From Octopus sinensis (Eukaryota): a DNA stretch of 64,000 nucleotides. Positions 53,749-64,000 of the stretch are shown here, piece by piece. A model generated the notes under the pieces. That model was given only the letters and a program-made list of their open reading frames with translations, had not been told where the DNA came from and made no database searches. Position 1 is the first letter of the stretch. Every line of letters starts with the position of its first letter. The stretch lies in the NCBI RefSeq assembly GCF_006345805.1, contig NC_042998.1, forward strand, positions 142,104,001 through 142,168,000, in the 5' to 3' direction. Made by a program: the position numbers and the translations under genes.

Positions 53749-53912
53749 TGGGGGAAATATTGGTGTCAAAAAGACCAAATGTGTCAGGTAATGTTGAGTA
53801 AGTACTATGGACAGACCATTTGGAGCTTAACTATGGTCTGTCCATATGTATATGTATGTATATATATGTAGATGCATATGTATGTATATATATATTTATA
53901 TGTATATGTATA

Positions 53913-53955
<43 letters not shown>

Positions 53956-54029
53956 TATATAGATACATATATATACATTTATATACATACACACAGATAT
54001 ATATATATTATATATATATATATATATAT

Positions 54030-54190
54030 CGACGACGGGTTTCTTTCAGTTTCTGTCAACTAAATCCACTCACAAGGTTTTCGTCGGCTCAAGTCTATAG
54101 TAGAAGACACTTGGCTAAGATTCCACACTGTGGGACTGAACCTGAAACCATGTTGTTGAGAAGTATGCTTCACACAACCACGCCTGCGCC
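54030..54190 (-). mobile_element. SINE family B
   Basis: Reverse complement of the 9219 family head and core. Confidence 0.8.
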
Positions 54191-54539
54191 TAATATATAC
54201 TACATAATAAAATGCTTATAAACATTATATATATATATAAAACGGTTATCTCTAATCATATATAATTTGTTTATAACGGTTGAATTTGAAGTGAATAAAG
54301 GTATACGTAACTGCGTGTAAATACGGTTGTCAAAGAGACAACCGAACATTACACATTACAAATCTTATGCGTATCGGTATTTTAATATAATGCTGTTTCA
54401 AATTCGTATTTTTAAAATTACTCCTTAATTTGTGTTTTTCTATAATTAGCATTCCCACCGCCCAAGTACACGCATATTGATACATAAACACACACACACT
54501 TACTCGCTCAAATGCACACATTTATATTATATATAAACG

Positions 54540-55545
54540 CGCTTTTCAAACCTTGCTATGAGGGCAGCTTTAGCACATACCTTTTTGCTTGATAGTTTCT
54601 ATGGTGGTATCGATGTCAAGTAGGGTTTTCATATATTTTTTCTAAGTAGCTGAATTTATGCTGAATACGCTCTTGTCAAGTTGGCTTTTTGTAGAAATGC
54701 TGTCGTTTTCTAATCTTTTCATCACATAGAATCGTTGAGATTTTCGCGGGTGCATAGTACATGCGGTTGAGACCTGTAATGTCAACATTATTAGCTGAAA
54801 TTATATCCTTAGGTGCAAGGCGGATTTTACCAATTACTTTCAGGTTTTGTTTAGAATTGCGAATTTTGGGGAGAGTGTCACGTTCATTCATACAGGATTC
54901 TTTAATTTTCAGCCATTCAATCATGATTTGATTTTTTAAATCATGTAGTTCTGTTGGGTCAAATTCTGTGTGACTTTCTTCATCTATTTGATTTTCATCT
55001 GCCTTGGTGTTTATGATTGGTTCAGAGAGTAACTCTTTCTATCAATACTGCATTTTCATCAGACCTGGGCTGGTCTATAATTATTTCCTCTGTAGCATCT
55101 TCTTTAGCTGCAACTTCGTTCCCATTATCCCATACTAATCCAGTTCGTAATTTCTTTTTCATTATGTTTCTTCTGACGTTGGCAAGTCTGTTACTGTCTA
55201 TGTAGGGTCTTACTTCGAGCTGCTTCTGTCTCCAGCTTAAATAAGATTGTTCAGTATTTGATTTATTTGTGGGGAAATACATGGCATGATAGAAGGCCTT
55301 AAGAACTTCTTTATTATCTCCCCTAGACCACTTTTCATTCTTTTTCTTTTGGTTATTTGATGATGAGCGTGGATGGCCATCTGTGGGAATATTCCTGTGG
55401 AGCATATCAAGCTCCTGTGTTTCGGGAAGATTTGAATCAGTAGCTAATTTTTCGTATCCAGTCTGGTTCCTCATTGGGGTACGCGACCCTTGTTTATGCG
55501 GGTGACGGCGGATCCGGTTTGTATTTTGCTTTGTTATCATGGAGG
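54540..55545 (-). mobile_element. R4/Dong-type N-terminal fragment
   Basis: KWSRGDNKEVLKAFY...RLANVRRNIMKKKL and KQKVCAKAALIARFEKR resemble the pre-RT region of this clade. Confidence 0.7.
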
Positions 55546-56244
55546 CATGACGAGCTCGGACGTTGACATTAGGAGACGAATCTGTCTATTTAGAGTTAAT
55601 TTTTGAGATAACATCGCTTCCGAGTTCTCTGAATGAAAACATTGCTCGTAACGTAGCTTCTTAAGACTAACAGATCCGTATTCGTCTGTATTTTTTTTTG
55701 TTGTTGATAGATTTATCACCGGGCATAGTTTTTTGTAGTGTTTTTAAACGTATGAATTGTTCATTCTGTCTGTGTTAGTTCGAAAAATAAAAATAAAATT
55801 GTTTTGTTATTTTTTGCTTCGTTTGTGGCACGTGCTTTCATATGCGTGTATGTGTCCTGTAAATTTCACTGTGTTGTGTAAACATTGAGATGAATGTGTA
55901 GTCCTATGGGTATCTAAATCTACATATGATTGAATAGACATTCGAGTATATGTATAATTAATCAATTTGCGTACATACTGCTTTGTTTTACTTGTATTTT
56001 ATAATTTGTAAACTTTGCGATGTTGATTTCGCGTGTTTGCCACATGTTTCACTGAAACATCTGGCATAGGAGAAACTGTGCTTTGTATGGCAGCGATATT
56101 TCGCTTTTGTGATTATTTTCGTTAAAAGGCCGCTTCCTTCAAGTCTTCTACAGGTTCCTTTATTAGATTAGATTTGTTTTTGAATGGAGAGTCCTTCTCT
56201 GTTATTCAGCGGGGAGCTCTTCTCTCTTGTTATTATTATAATTC

Positions 56245-56321
<77 letters not shown>

Positions 56322-56338
56322 GTTATTATTATTATTAC

Positions 56339-56810
56339 TGAGTGAAAGAGCAATGCATGCCATGAAAGTTGACACTGGGGAAAAATATACGAAGCCAAGT
56401 ATACCCATCAGGACTACCCTTCTGATAAGGGTACGCCAGGCACATGCATCACAACCATATATGCGTGACATGGTGATCTCATACCAAAATAAACAGCGCA
56501 TGACCTTGCAGATGGGGCCTAGATAGAATTTTCTTCTGGTCGAGTAGCCCATCCTGCTCAAAAGGTCCTTGAATAAGGATTGTTTAAGGATGTTGAATGA
56601 ACCACCCATGTTTCCAAAGGTGAATTATCCAAACCTCTAAGAACTTCTTTCAACACATGGCTATGATGCTCCCCCACTACTTCTGCTCGTGATCAGAGAT
56701 GCACATATCGTCAACCACTAAGGAACATGCTCAACTGCTTAAAGTCAAACAACTGACAAGCGAATATGTGGTATTGAGCAGAATATTTGCTGTCGCCGAT
56801 CTTTTATACC
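56339..56810. mobile_element. Repeat family C, longest copy
   Basis: Covers the sequences of the 27200, 30258 and 19920 copies; its left end directly abuts (TTA)n. Confidence 0.85.
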
Positions 56811-56905
56811 AAGACAAAACATGTACATGATAACACTTCCAATCTCTTAAGATCAGAAGCCATGAGAGCCAGTCTAGTACTGTATCAGGGCAGTTATCAT
56901 CATCA

Positions 56906-56989
<84 letters not shown>

Positions 56990-56997
<8 letters not shown>

Positions 56998-57440
56998 GTT
57001 TGACTTTTGCTTTATATTTGTACAAGTTGGCTCCAAGTCTCACCCAGAGACCTCAAGAGACAACAGGTTGGAAGTTCATTTTTGTTGTTATGCCTAATGT
57101 GCCATATATTTGTGGGTTTTTTTTTAGTGTTGTACTAGTGAATGTCTAAAAGTTTGTTTTAAAACTTGAGATTACATAGAAAGTATTTTGCGTAGGATAT
57201 GAGCAGTTCCCATGAGCACTATCTTTTGAATTTCTGCCATTTTGGAGTTTCCTGGTACCTATGACAACAGGTATTGTTTTAGTCTTCAGGTTCCACATTT
57301 TGCTGATTTCTATTTCAAGATCTTTATATTTGCTCAGTTTTTGGTAGGTCTTCACAGATACGTTTATATCGATTGGGACAGTCATATCAATGAGGAGGCA
57401 TGTTCTTTGTCTCAAGTCTTTCAATATGATGTCTGGCCTA
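56990..57440 (-). mobile_element. R4/Dong-type 3' fragment (family 3)
   Basis: CLLIDMTVPIDINVSVKTYQKLSKYKDLEIEISKMW; between (TTA)n arrays. Confidence 0.9.
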
Positions 57441-57473
57441 TTTGCATCTATCTTTCTGTCATCATCATCATCA

Positions 57474-57544
<71 letters not shown>

Positions 57545-57576
57545 GTTGTTGTTGTTGTTGTTGTTGTTGTTATTGC

Positions 57577-57628
<52 letters not shown>

Positions 57629-57661
57629 GTTATTATTATTATTATTATCATCATTATTATT

Positions 57662-59095
57662 TTTTTTCTTCTTCTTTCAAATTTGCTTCCATTTCTTGCC
57701 GAGTGTCTTCCCGACTCCTAGGGCAAAGAAACTCATAGTATACATTGGTAGGCCATTAAACTAAACTCACTAGTTCTTTCATTTTTTTAAAAATAGAAAT
57801 AAAGTTAAATTAAAATACATGGGTAGTAATAGTTCTCACATCGACAATGCTCTTCTCAATACGTGTGATGTACCTGTTAAGACAGTCTTTTGCACTTCTT
57901 GCAGGGATGGTAAGCCAGGGATCATTCTCATATAATTTTCGGTTCCCTTCTTCATCATTACTAGTGCTTCTACGATCACTGGTATTGTAACCGCCTTGAG
58001 ATGCCACATTTTCTCAATTTCAATGAGCAGGTCTTAATATTTTCTGAGCTTGTCAAACTCTTTCGTCGAGATATTATGATCACAGGGGATGCTCATGTCG
58101 ATCAATAAGCAAACTTTATTGTTTTGGTCTTTCACAACAATATCCGGTTTATTGGCTTTGATGGTTCGGTCTGTATGTACTGGAAAGTCCCACAGAATCG
58201 TTACATTTTCTCCTTCAGTTACAGCTTCGGGGTGGTGATTATACCACTTGTCGGCAGTTTTGATATTGTAATGCCGACTTATTAGCCAGTGTAGATATTG
58301 GCCAACTCTGTCATGTCTTAACTTATACTCCACTGGTGCTAAGACTTTACATCCAGAGATTAGGTGGTCCACTGTTTCAATCATGTCGTTGCTGAATCGG
58401 CATTTTGGGTCTGCTCCATTTTTCATCACATTAGCCTGGTAGTTCCGGGTTAATAGGCTTTGATCTTGTGCAGCCAGGATGAAACCTTCGCTCTCTGCTT
58501 TTAGCCCTGAGCTTCGTAGCCACTGATGGGTTTGCTTCTGGTTAACATCAGCTTGTTTGCTACGGGCCACATATTTGCCGTGCAGAGGTTTCTCCTCCCA
58601 CCTATCAGCCAATTTCTCGTGCGCTTTTTTCGTTGCCATTATTTTCACCTTCTTTGCAACAATAGATGCCGTACTTCCCTCGGGTTGTTCAGTTTGGGTA
58701 TCCTGCACGAGATCAATAACAAATCTTTTGCTTTCCTTTATGATAGAATGAAGCTTCTTTCGTCTCTCGTGATTTTCCATAAGCTTTAGCATCTAGTCAT
58801 TCGTTATTTCAAGATATTTGGCCAATCCAATTGTGGTTGTTTTGTAAGCTAGTTCAAATTGGATCAGGCCTCGACCTCTTTGGGCTCTGGGAAGGTAAAG
58901 GCGATCTACGTCTGCCTTTGGGTGGTGCATCCTACTACAACTCAGCAGCTTGCGTATTTTCCTATCTATATTCTTTACTTCACAGATATTCCAGTTCAAC
59001 ACATTGTAGCTATAAGTAACAACTGGAACTGCTAAGGAATTTATAGCTAACACCTTGTACGTGCATTTAGTTCAGATTTCAGGACTATCAGATTT
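57662..59095 (-). mobile_element. R4/Dong-type fragment (family 5), RT C-terminus to 3' UTR
   Basis: RMHHPKADVDRLYLPR, AAQDQSLLTR, TVDHLISGC...RHDRVGQYLHW and ILWDFPVHTDRTIKANKPDIVV...KEFDKLRKY. Confidence 0.93.
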
Positions 59096-59097
59096 CA

Positions 59098-59512
59098 CCA
59101 GATATAGTTGTCAGAGATCATGAAGAAAAAAAATGCTTTCTAATTGATGTATCAATACCGGCTGATGACAACGTGTCTCTAAAAGAAATGGAGAAACTCT
59201 CAAAATACAAAGACCTGGAAATAGAGATAACTAGAATGTGGAATCTGAAAACAGAAACAATTCCTATCATAGTAGGTGCATTAGGCATGATAAAAAAATA
59301 TTCAGACAAATACATAACAAAAACACCAGGACTTACAAACACATATAACATACAGAAAATTGCACTACTAGGCACTGCACACATCCTACGCAGAACACTT
59401 TCCATACAATAACCATCAGAGCATCACAACAAATCACAGCACATACCCAAGGCACACAGAGCTGCGCTCGGTAGTGAAGTGAAAGCACGCTATAAAAATA
59501 AAACTACTGAAT
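59098..59512 (+). mobile_element. R4/Dong-type 3' fragment (family 1)
   Basis: EKLSKYKDLEIEITRMW...TAHILRRTLSIQ*; 3' UTR followed by (TAA)n. Confidence 0.92.
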
Positions 59513-59536
59513 GATAATAATAATAATAATAATAAT

Positions 59537-60010
59537 GATAAGACCAAAACAATAAAGTTTGCTTATTGATCGACATGGGCATTCCCTGTGATCATAATAT
59601 CTCGACGAAAGAGTTTGACAAGCTCAGAAAATATAAAGACCGGCTCATTGAAATTGAGAAAATGTGGCATCTCAAGGCGATTACAATACCAGTGATCGTA
59701 GGAGCACTAGCAATGATCAAGAAGGGAACCGAAAATTATATGAGAATGATCCCTGGCTTACCATCCCTTCAAGAAGTGCAAAAGATTGTCTTAACTGGTA
59801 CATCACACGTATTGAGAAGAGCATTGTCGATGTGAGAACTATTACTACCCATGTATTTTAATTTAACTTTAAAAAAAATTTTTTTTTAATGAAAAAATGA
59901 AAGAACTAGTGAGTTTAGTTTAATGGCCTACCAAAGTATACTATGAGTTTCCTTGCCCTAGGAGTCGGGAAGGCACTCGGCAAGAAATGGAATCAAATTT
60001 GAAAGAAGAG
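59537..60010 (+). mobile_element. R4/Dong-type 3' fragment (family 5), inverted relative to 57662-58135
   Basis: LIDMGIPCDHNISTKEFDKLRKY...HVLRRALSM*; near-identical 3' UTR followed by (TAA)n. Confidence 0.92.
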
Positions 60011-60141
60011 GAAAAAAAAGATAATAATAATGATAATAATAATAATAATAATAATAAAATTAATAATAATTGCTATCATTATTATTATTATTATCATTAT
60101 CATTATTATTATTATTGTTGTTGTTGTTGTTATTATTGTTA

Positions 60142-60173
<32 letters not shown>

Positions 60174-60182
60174 TTTATTATC

Positions 60183-60235
<53 letters not shown>

Positions 60236-60639
60236 TGTCATTATCATTATTATTATCATTATTATTAACGATGACGATTTCTTAAGCGCTAGATGCTGTA
60301 TGCCTATAGCTTTGTTACAAGAACAGGAAAGCTCCTGGCTTAGTGTGCATCTCTTTGGCTATGACAGATATTGGATGTGGTGGAGTGAGCTGCGTGATAG
60401 TTTTTCAGTTTTCGTCAACACCCTCGAGTGTACTTCCTTCTGATTATACACTGAAATACCTAACTCCGTGTGCTGATACTAACTGAATACACTCACACAC
60501 ACAAACATACATACATACATACATACATACATACATACACACACGCACATACATACATACATACATAAACACATACATACATGCATATATATATACATAC
60601 ATATATGTATGTATGCATGCATGTATGTATATATGCATG

Positions 60640-60691
<52 letters not shown>

Positions 60692-60950
60692 ACATATGCA
60701 TGATTGTGTGTATTGTTATTTTGTTAGACATTCATTACGTATACACGATATTCATAATTTAACGGTACTAAATTCATAAGATACACCCTTCTTATATCGT
60801 ATAAATTTACTTGATACATTTTAAAATATCTTCTCCAATAGTATACATCCATTAATTCAACATGTACTTATATATTTGTGTTTGTATATGTACCAGTCGT
60901 TGCATGCGTGTACGTATATATATAATATGCACACACTCAAACTTTATGCA

Positions 60951-61031
60951 ATTTGCCCTGATGAATCCATAAAATGTCGAACATAGCTCTGGTTGTACGG
61001 TTCCTTGTAACCGAAACAGCTGTAAGCTAAT
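60951..61031 (+). ncRNA. Degenerate hammerhead-like motif
   Basis: ATTTGCC CTGATGA [~48 nt including a ggttgta/tgtaacc hairpin] GAAAC AGCT GTA AGCTAAT. Stems I and II are imperfect. Confidence 0.45.
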
Positions 61032-61247
61032 GAGGGTGAATACTTAACTCCTGTTCTTTTGTCATCCATTTATGACGTGTGTATATGTTTGTGTGTGTGT
61101 GCGTGCGTGTGTATGTGTGTATGTGCGTGTACGCATGCACATTTCTCCATAGACTGAGAAAGTTATCAAATCTTACGAGGGCCTCATCAGAGTTGTGTAC
61201 ATCACTTAACTAAACCCAGAAAAAAGTAGCCAGCCATTTATATATAC

Positions 61248-61633
61248 ACTAGCAGTATCGCCCGGCGTTGCTCAGGTTTGTAAGGGAAATAACTATAAAG
61301 CATTTTTAGAGAGTTATAGCCAAAAAATAGCCAAAAAATGGAAAAAAAATGATGGTAAATTTTTTTTTTGAGAGTAATAAAAGGTTGAGTTGCGTCCCCT
61401 AGACAGTCTGTGGTTTGTTTTTTTTATTCTCGACCCCATGTCGATTTATCGATTTTTTTCAGAACTGGGGGAACTTTTCAAAATTTTCGCTGCGTTAGTT
61501 TTGAATTATGACATTGGGCTATGTGTGTGTCAAGTTTCATCAGAATCGGTTGAAAGCCGTGGTCAGGGTGAGGGTACGAGAAAACAGACACACAGAAACA
61601 CGCACAGACAAACTGCCGTTTATATAGAGAGAG
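61248..61633 (+). mobile_element. Non-autonomous Helitron/Helentron (DINE/HINE-like) element
   Basis: 5' actagcagtatcgcccggcgttgctc, internal aagtttcatcagaatcgg and 3' acagacaaactgccgtttatatagagagagat. No TIR or TSD; resembles DINE-1/HINE end architecture from recall. Confidence 0.6.
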
Positions 61634-61834
61634 ATATATATATACAGCTTCAGAGATCTGGAGTTATTTTGCATACTACTTTGCATACTATAAGAAAGTT
61701 TTTAACCCTTAATACTAAACTTCAAGCTCTTTAATAAGTAGCTAATTTCTGTCTGTTCCTTGAGCATGTATATTCGCTAAAAACTTGACACTCGAACGCA
61801 GTAGCGTAGCTAGAGGGTGGTGATTGAATGCCTT

Positions 61835-64000
61835 CCCAGGGAGCCATGAACTGCTGAGAAAATTTTACAACAATGTTTTGCAACAACCTTGTATGATTCT
61901 CTCTTGGCTAGTTAATGGTGTAACATTCCTACTTCCAAAATGCGAAGAAACAAATGAACCAAAAAATTATAGACCCGTAACCTGCTTAACAACGATCTAG
62001 AAAATATTAACATCTGACTTGACTGAATATACCTATAGATTTTCAATAAAAAGTGGCATATTCCCTAATGAGCAAAAATGATGTAAATGCGGACCCTATG
62101 GATGTAAAGATGATCTTGGAAGATTGTCACAACGACACAAAAACTATAGACTATAGAAATGTTTTTGATAGTCTACTATATAGCTAGATTAAGAAATGGC
62201 TGGAAATGTATAAAATAGCACCTACTCTGCGAAACTTCTTGTCTGTAAGTATGAGATCATAGAGAACCACACTGACTTTAAACAGTGATAATGAATCTCT
62301 CAATGCTGGAGATGTAGGAATTTCATGTGGAATTTTCCAGGGTGACTCTCTATCACTACTCCTCTTTTGTCTAGCCTTAAAACCTCTCTCGAAATTGCTC
62401 GATGATGTACAATATGGCTATAAAATGTTTGATAAAAATGACCAACAACTACAGGGCTTACTAGCAATTGTTGAACAATTCTGTGATGACATCAGGATGC
62501 AATTTGGCCTCCATAAATGTGCAAAAACTACCTTTATCAAAGGAAAAATGGCAGAAACATCCAACGTTAATCTTGGCCAGCAGAATGTCATAAAGAAGTT
62601 AGAACCAGCGGAGAGCTACAAATACCTAGGGATATTTGAAGGTAATGGAATCAAACATTCAATGATAAGGGAAAGGATCAGAAGAGCAAGTTATAGCAGG
62701 GTAAGGGCAATACACAAGACAGAGCTGAATGGAAGAAACAAGATCGAAGCGACTAATATTTTAGCGATACCGGTCGTGACTTAGTTTTAATATCATTAAC
62801 TGGTCAATTAGTGAAATTTGTAATCTTGACAGAAAAATTCGAAATTTGTTGACAATGCATAGAATGCACCACCCTAAGGCAGATATAGAACGACTTTACC
62901 TGGCTAGAAATGAGGGTGGCCGTGGACTTTTACAACTGGAACTATCAACGAAGATTGCCACAATTGGCCTCAACATCTACCTGAAAAACACTGATGGCTG
63001 GATGTCAAAAGTTGTTTTAAAGCATGAAAACAAGAAAGCATCATATTTAGGCAAAGGAATATCTAAGTGAATTCCAAATATAACAAATCCCAGAATTAGA
63101 CGTATTGGAAACAAACACAGAAAGAAGTTAATCGTATGAAAACCCATGCTAAAACTACTGTCTTAGATATTCTTACTGATAAATATCAAGAAAAACCTCT
63201 CAATAGCAAATACCCAAAGAGAGCTAATAATGCCGTTGTTGACAAAGCCCTTACCCATCAATGGTTAATGTCTTCTGGCTCAAAATCAGAGACAGAAGGG
63301 TATATCATAGTAGCCCAAGATCAATGCCTACATACAAGAAGCTATCAGGCCAGCATCTTAAAGAATGGCAGTAGCCAACATAGTTATGCATACAACAAAA
63401 TGAAACCATTGATCATGTTGTCTCCATGTGCAGTCTTCTAGCGCCTACAGAGTATCTCAACAGGCATCATAGAGTAGCACAGTACATTCACTGGGCAATT
63501 TGCAAAATCTTGGACCTGCCCCATGATAAAAACTGGTGGGAACACAAACCACCTCCAGTACTTGAAAATTATCACATCTCACTCCTCTGGAACTTCACTA
63601 TACAAACTGACAGAAAGAGAGATGCGGATAGGCCATGCATTATATTGAAAGACTTCAGACAAAAATTATGCCTCCTTATTGATATGACTGTCCCAATCGA
63701 CATAAATGTATCTGTCAAAACCTACCACAAACTGATCAAGTATAAAGATTTTGATATAAAAATTGGCAAAATGTGGAACCTCAGATTAAAAAAATACCTG
63801 TTGTCATAGGTGCCCTAGGAATAATAGCAAAAATGGCTGATTCCTATCTGGCTCAGATACCAGGAAAGCCCAAAATGGCAGAAATTCAAAAGATAGTGTT
63901 CGTGGGAACTACCCATATCCTACGTGAAATGCTGTCTATGTAAACTCAAATTTTATAACAAACTTATATTTTTTTTATGTTTTCTTATACATTCTATAGA
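61835..64000 (+). mobile_element. R4/Dong-type fragment (family 3), RT to 3' UTR, with the YxDD segment deleted
   Basis: KNYRPVTCLTT, GIFQGDSLS, GYKMFDKN|DQQLQ (HLxYMDD missing), RMHHPKADIERLY, VAQDQCL and LLWNFTIQTDRKRDADRP. Confidence 0.92.

Overview
AT-rich, microsatellite-dense eukaryotic DNA made almost entirely of decayed transposable elements. The SINE families and the (TA)n/(CA)n/(GATA)n/(TAA)n load resemble an octopus genome; this is inferred from recall, not from a search. No host protein-coding gene is supported, and there is one 100-N scaffold gap at 49342-49441. Main components: (i) about a dozen R4/Dong-type (RT plus restriction-like endonuclease) non-LTR retrotransposon fragments from at least five families, whose intact 3' ends abut (TAA)n in sense; (ii) a near-complete Penelope-like element (RT, Zn-finger, GIY-YIG) with inverted terminal repeats; (iii) a mariner copy, Tc1/mariner and hAT MITEs, a Helitron/Helentron-like element, CR1/L2-group LINE remnants and many tRNA-derived SINEs. 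Most notable are minimal type I hammerhead ribozyme motifs of several families with self-complementary stem III. One lies in a non-coding ~355-nt unit present in tandem and inverted copies (retrozyme or pLTR candidate), interrupted by an ORF1-only LINE-like insert. There are also two short locally templated insertions and several fold-back palindromes. Element boundaries are approximate unless stated as exact.
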